Positions 1-12,600 of a stretch of 64,000 nt of DNA are shown piece after piece (the first letter of the stretch is position 1; the number at the start of each line of letters is the position of its first letter). The translations under genes and the position numbers were made by a program. The notes under the pieces were generated by a model, which saw nothing but the letters and a program-made list of their open reading frames with translations, did no database searches and had not been told where the DNA came from. The stretch comes from Phoronis australis. Taxonomy: Eukaryota > Animalia > Phoronida. The stretch lies in the NCBI GenBank assembly GCA_002633005.1, contig NMRA01000107.1, positions 807,872-871,871 on the forward strand, read 5' to 3'.

Positions 1-568
1 CCTATGGGACATGTGGAAGTTGCTTGTTCTGAATTCGGAGCCTTCGAACCATCGAATTTTGGGATCGTATTCTCTGGAAACTCACGGCCGAGCACGCTCT
101 TCTATTTGATGCACTTGTTGTACAGCCGTTAAGGTGCTGAAGCTCGAAGGCAAAAATGAACTAATGTTTATTCGGTAAACAGGTCATTAGGATTTGAAAT
201 GCGAATAAATGTTTTTGCTCCGAAATCAATGGAATTTATGTGAAACTACACAACTTCCTAAACATGCTCACTGGTCGAATATATGTGTACGACATTGAAT
301 GGATGATTCACGTTCATGTAAATGTATATCAGAGAAGAGATTATAGTTTTGTACCGAATATGGGAAGCGGTCTCTCAAGTGTTATATTTGCTGATGGCGA
401 TTGTGTCTACGGTGCACGTGATCACACTAATCAAACTTAGTTGTGATGATTCTGATTAGACAGATATGGCGTTGGTTGGGATACAGATGATAGTGATTTA
501 CACAGTAATAATGAACACATAGCATATTTTATTATATTTAACTTTTTTAATCGAGGTTGAAAATTTAC

Positions 569-655
569 CAGATCCCGTAGTTCCTTGCGAAATTGAAGAC
601 GTGGAAAACTCTGTAGCATTCATTGGAGTGAACGTAGTATTCGTGCTCGTAGATG
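569..655 (-). CDS. Metalloprotease exon 15 (Ser/Thr-rich repeat exon)
   Basis: tttttcag|(A)STSTNTTFTPMNATEFSTSSISQGTTGS-G|gtaaat; phase 1-1, 87 nt, paralogous to 1009-1095; two NxT sequons. Confidence 0.72.
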
Positions 656-3600
656 CTGAAAAATACAGGCATTTTCACGAACTTTGTTCAGCAACAGGTA
701 ATTCAACGATTACCAGGTGCATATTTTAGAAAAAGGTGTCATTTTGAAGCGCACAACCTATACAATCCCTTGGGACATTTGATCTGCTAATTTTATAACC
801 TTTTGGGACCTTCCACTCTAAAAGTTGACGACACGATTTTGTATTCCATCTATAGCTGGAAGGTGCTTAAGTTCGATGACGTGGATTACGTCTGATGTAG
901 ACATGATCACACAGATATATTCTTTCTGTGAAGACAAGACAGTGATTTATATCGTAAAATTATCAACAAATAGCAAAATTTAAGGTATATATAGAATATT
1001 AAGTTTACCAGATTCCGTGGTCTGTGCCGAAATTGAAGACGCGGGAAACACTGTAGTGATCTTTGAAGTAACCGTCGTACTCGTGCTCGTGGAAGCTGTA
1101 AAATACGGTCATTTGCACGGAGTTCGTCAAGCAATTGATTATTCAAAGATTACCAGTTTCTTTTTGTAAAAATGCCCAGGACAACAACACATGATACGTG
1201 GACAGATATACAGAGGTGGTAGCCTACAAAAAATAATGGAAGAGGACGAGAAGTCCTCCAGGCCGTGGATGTAGAGAATGACAATACCAACGCTGCAGAC
1301 GCTTACAGCAGACACACGATTTGAGAACTATATTCAGACTAACCACGAAGGACAATATGAAAATGACGCAATGTTGTAATTACAGGAACCTGCCACCTTT
1401 ACACTACCTGTTTCGTAAGAGAATAATGAGGATCTTTTGCATTCAACGTACGATTAACAAGGGGTTACGAAGGCCGTCAAACAACCGGTTAAACAAGACG
1501 CTATAGACGTTACACTACCGTCGAGCTATGAGCGAATGTCGGTTCCAAAATCGGTATCTGGAGGACAGATCAGTGCTCAATCACACACGGACCTCAATGA
1601 CAGAAATCACCAATCATAACTGCCGTTCCATCAAAAATATGCCGATCCTTTGTGGTAGATATTGAGACTAAAATCAATAAACGGGGATTGGTCTAGCATT
1701 GTCCGAACGAAGGTGTCTTCGTGGTTTGCAGGGGCGAGTTGTTGTCACTCAGTGCAGTGTATTAATTGCAGACATAGACAAAACCAGTGTTATAATAGTA
1801 CCTTGAAGAGATGGCAAGTTGTGATTGCGTGTGCAATGTCGTGGTTTTGCACAACTGGCAACCCCTGGGGCAAGATTAGATGTCTTGCACAAACAGCCAA
1901 AATATAACGCGAGCTGTGGGCAGGTGTACAACCATTAGTTTGCCTAATATGTCGATGCATGCCTTTTAAATGTTTGAAGATACACAGGAAACATGAAAAC
2001 AATCAGATGGCAAGGTAAACTGATTACCGTAAAGTTTGTCTTTCTAACGATACACATTTAAAGGAAATGTGTATCTGTCTATAGAGCAAAGTTATGCAAT
2101 CCTGTGCTATATTTGCAATTGATTCTTCGAATCTTGGACCTTCCAAACTCATTACCCAAGGTGCTGTCATTCTGTAAAACAATTTCTCACATGACCTGAA
2201 AGTTTGTGAATAGCATATTTGAACAGTTCGTGAAAAGCACACGTAATGAGGTTTTTGAAATTTGAAAATTGGACCCGAAATGCTACTTTTACAACCTAAA
2301 ACGTTTGTTTAATGTTGCAATAATATGTTCCTCATTAGTTCTACTGGATGTGCAACACAATTCGGCCAATTACCAAAGCAGCAGGGTCAGTTGGAGGTAA
2401 ATCAAGTGTCACTGTACAATTCTTGGCATGAGTGAGCCAATGCCCCGCTAGACTACAGGCGCTTGAGACATCACGAAATGGCAATCAGTTCAATAAGTAA
2501 TACAAGAATTTATTCCTGAAATTAGGGTCGTCGAATGAAGTGCCTTCATTGATATTGATAATTTGCCGTTGAACTTAATCTCGATGTTCATCTGGATAAA
2601 AAACTGGCATCCTAGATGAGATGTCATTGATTTAGACAATCTTTGTTTGTACATCTATAGATTCGTAGATAATGTGAAATATTAAGGATCATACATGTAG
2701 TTGAGTGCCTAATCTGATACAGAGTTACGCATGAGGCTGCAGGAGACAACACACCAACCCAGTTTGAAACAAACAACTTAAAATTTGTTCATTTGTCTCG
2801 ACTACTCATGAAACGTGCATGAGTCTGATTCGGGATACCCTGCTCACACAATACACATTTGCCTTGCTAGTTTACTCCCATGTATTCATCAAAGGTACAA
2901 CTTTCAAGCTAAAAATAACTGGTGCCCGTTCCGTAGATGCAATATAATCTCGAATACGCAATGTCATGTAAATGTATTTTCAAGGTATCGCCATGCACTA
3001 CAGAAGAAGCGCAAGATCACACTTGTGAAATTCTTACAGTCTAGAGCACACAGCCAGATCACTTCCCGAAATCTCTAACTCGTTGATATTTTTATGTTTA
3101 GCTGTTCCATTCACCACATTTCAATTTGCTCGTGCGGTAAATCATTCGTGCAGAGACATGTCCACCGCTGCGGGCTGTATTTTACCGCCAACCCGTTCAA
3201 CTCGTTACCGCGTAACCATTTTTAAGAAGTTTGAATAAATAGAGCATGTGTACATTAAGCCTTATATAGGGGGGGGGTCGAGTTTTTGAGCATGTGAACC
3301 TTTTTCTGAAAAAAAACCTTGTACTAAAACAAAGGGGAGACGGTGTTCGTTCAGAGCTATGAATTGTGCATTCGAAAATTCCTGCTTTTTAGTAGACTTT
3401 TGTCTCGTTTTCTCGGACTTTTTGCTTCTCTGAAGCGGACCTTTTTGCCCACTTTTCCAAATTGGAGGTGGGGCTCTGAGCCCCCCCCTCCGGGTGCACG
3501 TACATGTATGAAGAGGAGTGCATTGCTTGAAAAACTTGATTTTAAGGAGCGAGTTTCTCATGAACGCAAGTTGCGGATGTTTGGGGGTCGAAAGGTGCAT

Positions 3601-6600
3601 AATGAGTCAGAATAGAAAAACCTATATAATTGCTTTCGGTTATTCATGTTGGCTGTATGAAACTTATTGCACAAAACTTTCAGGTAATGAAACTAAAAAT
3701 CAAGATTCGGAAGTTTTACCCGAGAGGTCGCTTCGTTGTTGATCGCATCACGATATTTAATAAAAACAAAACTAACAAAAACGCCTGGGTTTTTGGTGTA
3801 GAACTAATAGGTTACACTTTATATCTTACGATTCCACTGAAATTTATTTTTTTTCTGGGCTGACAATTAAGATCTAGACATAGTAAATAAATTCATTATT
3901 TGGTAAGGAAGATTGTCTGATGCCTTAAAAGGGTATTAAGACTGTTAAAGGGCAATGCAGGCTCTTTTACAATCAACCATTGCAATCAGAATAATGGTGT
4001 GTGGACGCTTGCTAGCCTTGATTCAACTTCCACAGCAACCTGACAAATATGTTAAATTGACAAGAGCAGCTAACGATTCGCGCGAGTAAGTGGACGGTGG
4101 GGAGAACCAGGGCACCTCCAACCACCGTGTTCAGTTTGTGGTGTAGTGAGAACAACTGTCTAATGACTCTGTGTTTCCATGGAAGTACTTATTGCTCAAC
4201 TGCAGTCGACAGAATACATTTGAGTAAAAAACCTCATGATGCATTATCCTCTCAAGTAAAAAGGATAACATTTTAGACAAACCATAGGTAAAATGGGGAA
4301 CTGATGAGCTCAATATTTGTGCGGGCCAATGTTTCTGTGGCGGTTATAGCATTGCGCATAAAACATAGTACCCAATGACAATGCATCCATTGACCCATAT
4401 ACAGTAGTGATTAAGACATAACAGTGAACAAGTTTTACGGACTGTCATGCAGTTTATACCAGAGTCCGTGGTCTTCACATCATCAGTGGAAGTGATTTTG
4501 CTAGTCGCTGAAGTTGATGCGGTGGTCGTTATTGACGAATCTGAAAAAATCAATTTTGTTATAACCCACATGGTTACAAACGCATACTTTTTCAATTGGC
4601 AAAGGACTTGGCAGATACATGCACGTACTCAAGCAAAACCAAAATCGCCACTTGGTGGCGCCACTGAAGTCTCAGTCATTGCAAAGTGATGGACTCCTAA
4701 ATGGGATCACAAATATCAAAATTCGTGAAGAACCATAAAGAAAGTTGATAGATAATGAAGCTCTGACAAAAACACGCAACTGCTACCACAGGAGTCACGT
4801 ATCCGAATACCAACGTCACCAAGACCGTACAATTCTTCGCAGAACAACATCCGCTAAATTCCAAAATGAAGCTTAAGTGTTTTGGTAGAAAGAGAAGTGA
4901 AAGCCAAAAACTTGAGAAAATAACAAAAAACGGAGTGAGCATCATCAGCTCATATCGTGAAACTCGACAGAGAACTCGGGAGTTGCACAGGCAAACGTAA
5001 AAACGAAAATTGGCACTAGGGGACACGGTAGAAGTTAAACACTTGCCTGGACATGTACATGTACTCGTGCCGTTCGATTCATAAAAGAAAATTGTTAGCA
5101 AAATTTCACGAACATTTATTAGGAGGGTTCTGACGCTAGACGTCTGACAGACGGACAGACAGAAATGACGGCAAGATGCACCCATATACATGTATGTAGA
5201 CCTAAGTCAATAACAAGTGGGCTTACATGTACGGAATTATTTTATAAGAAAATTAACTGATGTTGGTATTAAAGGATTAATTTAGAAAAAAATGGTATGG
5301 GTGAATTAACCCAACGGCATCAACTAAATCTATCGGCCAATTAGAAGGACCTGTGGGCCATGCTATTTTTTTATAAATTTCCACTTCAAATTTTAATGGG
5401 CTCGTTGGACCCAGATAAGCAATGACAGTGAGTTAATGAATTGTTTGCGGAAATGACACGGGGCACGCTCCTCAATTTATCCTAGTCATGAAGAATCAGT
5501 GTCATTAATTAATATACATTTGTTGTTGGTTCATATTGCTGTGGACTAGTCAACAACCAAGTGATTACCTTTAGGGACGCATTTTCCGTTCTTGCACCAC
5601 ATATCCTTTCCACAGTCTGTACCTGTAGCGGCGAATGTGTATCTAGTCTCGCAACCACCTCCACTGGTCTTGCACCATAGTGCGACACACTTATTGTATC
5701 CCTTTTTATCGTAAACCCACTGTAAAATGCAACGTTCACATGTCGGTTCTGCAAAATGTACGCCTTTGATGATCCCCTGAGTTCAGCAGCTTGGTATTAA
5801 CAGTGTTGTGCACTGTTTTGATATCGTATGGACGAGATACTGCACACCTTGAGGAGATATTTGGAAGCTGAGAGGAAGTTTGAGTGATCTCACCAAATTC
5901 AGAAGACGTGGGGTCAATATTTTTTACACGGAGAGTTTGAAAGAACATTTCAAATTTTTCTGATTAAATCCTGTACAACGGATTCGTGGAATAAACAGAT
6001 TCAAATTAGTTATGGCCATTATGATAACACTTGCAGCCGATTTCATAAATCTGGTTTAACAAAACCAGGTTTAAGACTTAAACCTGGTCATCCTAAACCT
6101 GGTCTACCATGGTTTATAAGTCTGAAAACCTGGCGTACGTTCAGTAAGGATAGGATCTACGCTAGGACCTACATGTAGCTAAAATCTAGTTAGAGTCACG
6201 TGTTCTAATTCAAAATACACGACAAGGTCTCACGTAATGTTCCGAAGTCTTGCGTCTTAGCGAGGTCCTAGCGCTGCTGAACGGGAGGCTGGTTTTGTTA
6301 GACCATATAGCGGGTTTAGTAAAACCAGGTTTAAAGTATCCAAGTCACCTTACTGTGTTAACCCGGATTAACCCAACAAAAACTATTGAAGTGCTTCAAT
6401 GAAACCTTGATCACGTGGGTACACACGGGCACACAGTAGTAGAATCAGTGCAGACATTTGCGAAAAAGGGCTAAAAGCTTTTCTCACGAGGAAAAATGCT
6501 CCCTCCTATAAGTGATCAGAGAAAAAGCCAATGTCATAGTCGAGAACAAGAAAATTGGTCCAAATCAAGTCATCATAAGCAGCAGGCTTGTGAGATATGG

Positions 6601-9600
6601 CTCCAGAATAAAGGCCAGAAAGAAAATTTCATCAGTGCAAAATTGTGCCGAGAACAATGGCGAGGGACCCAATGGCAGATCTAAGATATGAGTGGATATT
6701 TTTAATATTGTATGGTACAACACACGCACGCACATTATAGTACTTGCTCACTAGTAACCGCATCATAGTAAAAGTAAATGCAGATTTATTTCCCAGTCAT
6801 TTTACTTTTTTGCGGTCAAAGGGGGGGGGGGAGGCACAGGAGCGGATCCAGGATTTTGAATTTTTTTTTGGGGGGGACAGGGCAGAGTATTAACCAGGAA
6901 TTTACCCGTCAGACATTCGCACCCGGAAACTGCCAAATGCAATCTGGGATAATTTTAGGGGGGGGATGCATGACCCCCACTAAATCCGCCACAAGGGCAG
7001 GACCCCTCCCCGGCAACCTTAAATCGTGGACCAATTGAGATTGAACTAGGTCAGATTAATCATTAGATGCCTTTTTAGTCATACGCCTAGTGCTTGAGAC
7101 GATGACGCTTTGCCCGAACAGTCATATTCCGAGGAATCCAAAGGATACCCTTCAGTACCTACTGGTCTACAAGTACCTATACTTGGGCGGATCCAGGGTT
7201 TCAGGGAGTCCCGACCCCCATTTCCTTTATTTTAGTGATATCGAATCTATAATTTTCAAATTGTTGGCGCAGACTATCCTTTTAAAAGTTCTTGATCCGA
7301 CCCCTCCCCACTAAAAATTCTTGGTCTCCCCTGTTACGTTTGATCTTGTGTAGTCCTGAAACTGAATATATACAGTCCGTTCCCCCTCTAAAACTGCGTC
7401 GTAAATGCAAACCACAGCATCATCCAGTTGCACCTATATCGTGCAAGTTTGCCATATTTAATAATATCAAACCTGGGTTTGACCAAGTCTAAAGTTAAAT
7501 CTGGTTTAAGATCTTAATACAGGTCTAAGTAATGTACACTGTATACCTCGTTGGTGAAATGAAAAGGTAGACCAGGGCCCGGTCTCCAATCTTTTTACTC
7601 GAAATGGAACTCGAAATTAGGTTTGGCATTTTCTACTCTACTTTTGGACGAAATCAAGATAAGTGTCTATTACTCTATGCTCTAGTACACAATAACTTAC
7701 TTAGATAATTTATTGCCCTTAGTTCACAGTTTGTAAACCCAATATTAAAGCAATAAGTTCGAGTTTGAACTCGAAATTTCGAGTTTTTACTCGAGTTTGT
7801 AGCACGAATATAAGGATCTTCAAGGGCAAACTTGAACTAGAAACTCCTATGCATAAATTATAATGTATTCGAGCACAGTCTGATAACCAATTATCTTAAG
7901 TTTGCACAAAAGGAGGCAGAGAAATTGCCAAAAATAGTTTCGAGTTCGTTTCGAGTACAAAGATTAAACTAAACTGGGGTTAAACCAGGTTTTATTAGAC
8001 CACTGCTCTAGAAGTTAATTTAAAATCACCTTTATGAAATACAGATTATCTTTAAACCTGGTCTAGCTCCAGGTTTAACCAGGTTTAACTTTAAACCACC
8101 TTTATGAAATCGACTGTTGGTGAACAGGAAAATGTCTGGCAACAGCTGTCTCCGTCCACCCTGATTCTATCAAACCAAGTTCACGTGCTCTTTCCAAATT
8201 TGTCAACTTTGCCATCACAGTGCTGTCAAGCAAGACTTGAGGCAAACGGACACCGCTTTCATAAAAGTGGTTTAAACCTGGTCAAATTTTAGACATAACT
8301 TGCATTTCACTGACATGGTTAAAAGTTTGCAAGCCTGCCTCCCGTTCAGTAACGCTAGGACCTCGCTAAAAGGCAAGACTTCGCGAGATTACGTGAGATA
8401 TTGCCGTGCATTTTGAATGAGAACACGTGACTTTGACTGGCTTTTAGCTAGGTCCTAGCGTCTACTGAACGCACGCCTGGTTTTGTTAGACGAGGGGGCT
8501 TGTTTAGCAAAACCAGGTTTAAAGTATCCAAGGCACCCTACTGTGTCGATCTGTATTAGACCAACAAAGAAACAATTGAAACGCTTCAATGAAACCTTGA
8601 TGATGTGGGTATATATGGCACACAGTACCAGAATCAGTGCAGACGTTTGAAAAATGGTCTAAGAAGCTTTTCTCATGAGGAATAATGTTCCCTTCTAGAA
8701 CTGGTCGGAGAAAAGTTAATGTTACAGAGAACAATGAAATTGGCGCCAAAAAGTCAACGTACAGTAATTACCAGACTTGGAGAGCTATTGGTCCAGGCAG
8801 GCTGCACAGTAGCGCAATCGGAAAAATGCAGCGACAAATAACTAAGGGACATTTGGAACACTACAAAATAAAGGCCACAGAGAAAACTTCAGCAGAGAAA
8901 AAATTGGAAAGGAAAACGGTAAGGGACTCAACGGCGGATCTAGGATTTGGGAAGCCGTCCAAACCGTACAACGTTTTCTTGTGTACCAGAAAGTACGTTC
9001 ATAAAATGAGTCATACTCTGTGTGTCTGTGTGTGTGTGCGTGCGTGCATGTGTGTGTGTGTGTGTGCGTGCAGAAACTTAGGCAACAAGTAATTTCCAGT
9101 TTTAAAGGTTTAATACGTAGGAATAGGCAGGGTAGTGGTTTGAAGAAATTTAGGCGGATGGTTAATGTGGTTCGCAGTTTGCGTTTTATGCGGTAAGTAG
9201 GAAATGTCCCTAACCATGTTTTGTGTTGTATATCGCAATATTCTGATTACGTCAGGTGATTTCCTAGCCTCGCATTACCCCTCATAGCTGAAAAGTATTT
9301 GCGCATGCGGGGACACCACTCATACATGTAGGGCTAGCCAAACTGAAGAATGACACTAGTGAAGTCTACGCATGCGCTGATAATATTTTCCTCCGAGGGA
9401 AAATTATGGAGTAATCGTCGAATTAACGACGACATACCTTTAAGTGTAGATACATGTATACGTGAATGCAGGCAGAAATCAGTATCATCATAATTACCGT
9501 TACGAAAGCTTACGGGCAGATACGAAAGCTACGGAGTTGATTTGCTCTATGTCTGAGGCAGTGTTTAAATATAGGTGAACCTTACCTGTCCACATTCACC

Positions 9601-12600
9601 GCTGTCTTCCCCATACATCTGTTGACACTGAACATCCGCAGAGTAGATCTGACCAGGTAGCTTGGCCATATGCTTAGCCCACAACGCAGGGTCGCCGTGG
9701 GTAGCCTGGTCCTTCACGCATTGGCGATCACTGAAAAGAAACGTGCTCTAAACGACTAAGATGTGGTGTTTTCGGTTTCACACAGTGATTCTGGTAGTAT
9801 GGATGTATGTTTTATTCTAACTACACAGTACAAATGAGGAAGACGACAATGAGTAGAATTTGAGAGGGAGTTGCCGAGAGTGCGGGAAACGGCTCTAAAT
9901 AAATACCGCCATTTGATCGACTAGCGCCCCGGTGTGCACGTATATTCTAAATGTCGTGTGGAGTCTGGTGTTGATCATCAGCGCTAGTAATTTAGAGTAA
10001 TCTGCCGTGTTCTTGTACCAAATCCCTGTCCATAAAAAATCTAAAAATGATCAGTCAAAATGTCTGCGAATTGAAGACGAAACAAGAAAATCCCAGTTCT
10101 TATACTTTGATGTAATACCTGTACGTATGTACTTGTTCAATAATATTATTATGCACACGCAATGACAACAGGTTATTTCTGACTGACTCAAGTTTGATAT
10201 GTGAGAAACGATTTTAGTAGAAACCGCGCTGCACGCAAACACGATACAACACTACCTCATGAAAACAAATAACAATTCTTTTAATTAAACTACAAATGGG
10301 TATTTTTATTTTTTATTTTGGCGTCCTCAGTTCCAGGTTGACTACCTATGATTTTTACTATGGCTTTAATTGAAGAAGTTGACGTTCGAGCCCTGGACTT
10401 CCAAAACTAGCCATGTTCCTCGGACAGCATCCGTACGAGGCAGTCACAAGTTACACTTACCAGGAAGAGCCGAGGATAACGGCTTGACTAACAGAGGTTA
10501 CTTGTTGCCGAGGTCCGCAAAGGCTACATCAGAAACTGCATAGATGTCTCCTAACTTATTTCCTTTTATTATTCCATATCCACGTTCTTTCAAACGGAGG
10601 TGAACCCCAGTTCAAGAAACCACGCGGTGAGACTGACAACCCGTGATGTTTCAGGGTCAATTCATTGTTCACGCGCGAGAAGCTGACTAAGTTTTTACAT
10701 ATATTTTTCAACTTTTAATGTTACAACTTAAAACAGTGCATAATAGATTCTAACTTGGACGTTTGTTGCGAAAGCTAAATACAATTTACAAATGTTAAGT
10801 TTAATTTAAAATTATTGACGAAAGGAAAATGTGTTTACTTTACATTGCGCAAGCGTGTTTTTCATAAGTTGCGTAATGTAGTAGAATGTTTTAGACACGA
10901 CGAGTTTTTCGACAAAAAGATTGTTCGTGCGGTCCATGTGAGAAAACAAATCCTACACTCATCTCAGGTTTATGAGATGGGCAAAACTTCATGGAAATTT
11001 CGTCAAAATTGTAGGCAAGTCTCGGGTTTTTGACGAAATTTCCAAAAGGTTTTGCCCACGTCATAAACCTGAGACAAGTGTAGGATTCTCTATATCTCTT
11101 ACCTTTAAATATATAAAAACATATTTGCTATAGTCAAGAAGTTTGGTAAAAATAAATGAGTCAAATTCGTTGATTCAGATCAGCGATTAACAAGAATATA
11201 GTGAAAAAGCTCTTGGTAAGAGGCGTTCTGGTTATAACAGCAACAATGTGGTGGTTCACCATTCTACCCAAGCATATCGCGACACGTACACTATACATTG
11301 TGCCAAACGTTTTGTCACTGATCACACTCACATTCTCGCTTTTCTTGAAGTTTTCAGGATAGAGCTTTTACTCGGACGTTTTGCACCAATAGGTGTGAAA
11401 CGGAGGCAACGGAAGGTTTAAGTGACACTTTACCTCAATGTTTTCTTAAACTCGTTGACAGAGCACGACGAGAAGTAAAACACATTCCCTAGGTTACTAC
11501 TTCCTCCATCCGGGTCCATGATATGGTTGGCTTCCTTGCATCCATTGTCACCGTCATGATCGGCGCCCAGACTAAGAAAAAAATACCACGTTTTGAGAGG
11601 CGACGAGGAGACCATAAAAGAGCTTTGAATTGTGGAATGCCATGAAAGGAGTACATGTATAGCCACACTACATCCCGGGGTACTCGCCTATATTTTGACT
11701 TGGGTGTGGCTGGAAAACAGGGGTAGGCTACTCAATCTCCATGAGATTGGTAAGGTTTGAAGGGATCAACCGTCCCTGAAAAAGTTGCCCTTCCCAAGGT
11801 CTTTGTTCTAGAAACACCACCATATTGCAGGAATTAATTCCAAAAGCCCAATCCTTTCCAAGGGGAGATAACTGTAACATGCTGTTTAACGCAACTACAT
11901 GATTTGCAACCAAAGTTTTAAATATATAGAAAATATCAAAATCCAACCCTTCTGGGACTTGTGTAGTCGGAACTAACAGAAACATATCCCCCGAATTAAC
12001 CGAGACGAATGTCTTACCATCCTTCCCCCGAGATGTATTGGCCATTTCTCCACGTCTTTCTAGATAATGCGTAATACCAATAAGAAATGACTCTTACTGA
12101 TAAACAAGGAAGAGTCCGCTTTCTTGTTGTCTTATTCATGGCCTAGGTTAACTGGAGTTGTTTAGGAACAACTAGCAGTGGGTCGACGAAATACTTGGGA
12201 GAATCAATCAGCCATCAATCCCGATCAGAAGGAGCCAGGCGTTGATTGTTTCAACACGTTTTCAGAAGTGATGTGATATCCAATTTACACGTTTCGGACC
12301 TTCCAAAGTGAACACCTTCACGGGAAATTTCGCTTTGAAATGACATTTTTCGACTGCAAACTGGTAGTGAAAAAGTCGCCCTTCTGCGCGGCACGACTCG
12401 TTTAACGCCTTTACATAATCCACGTTTTGTCACTGAACTACACGGTTCGATACTTACTTGTGACCAAGTTCGTGCGCCGCGATAGCGATGCACCCGAAAC
12501 CTCCGTGGGACTCCGTGATTGAAATGGAACGACTTGCCGAACAAATATCTGCCATAGGGGCGAACCCTGTTAAACATTAATTAAAAGAGATGACATTTCG

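Larger units (their letters stand above)
6034..8116 (+). mobile_element. PIF/Harbinger-type DNA transposon remnant with Myb/SANT-like ORF fragment and nested MITEs
   Basis: TIRs CAGCCGATTTCATAAA / TTTATGAAATCGACTG with TTG on both flanks; subterminal AAACCAGGTTT palindromes; near 6460-6670 a broken RAKSFSHEEKCSLL*VIREKANVI.ENKK, like Harbinger Myb/SANT ORFs. Confidence 0.72.

Noticed and set aside
60-460. Terminal exon of the protease (acceptors near 452 or 137)
   Set aside because: Both give short in-frame endings with no distinguishing evidence; the 3' end is left unresolved.
4297-4335. Hammerhead-like CTGATGAGCTC...GGGC
   Set aside because: The required GAAA box is absent (CAAT).
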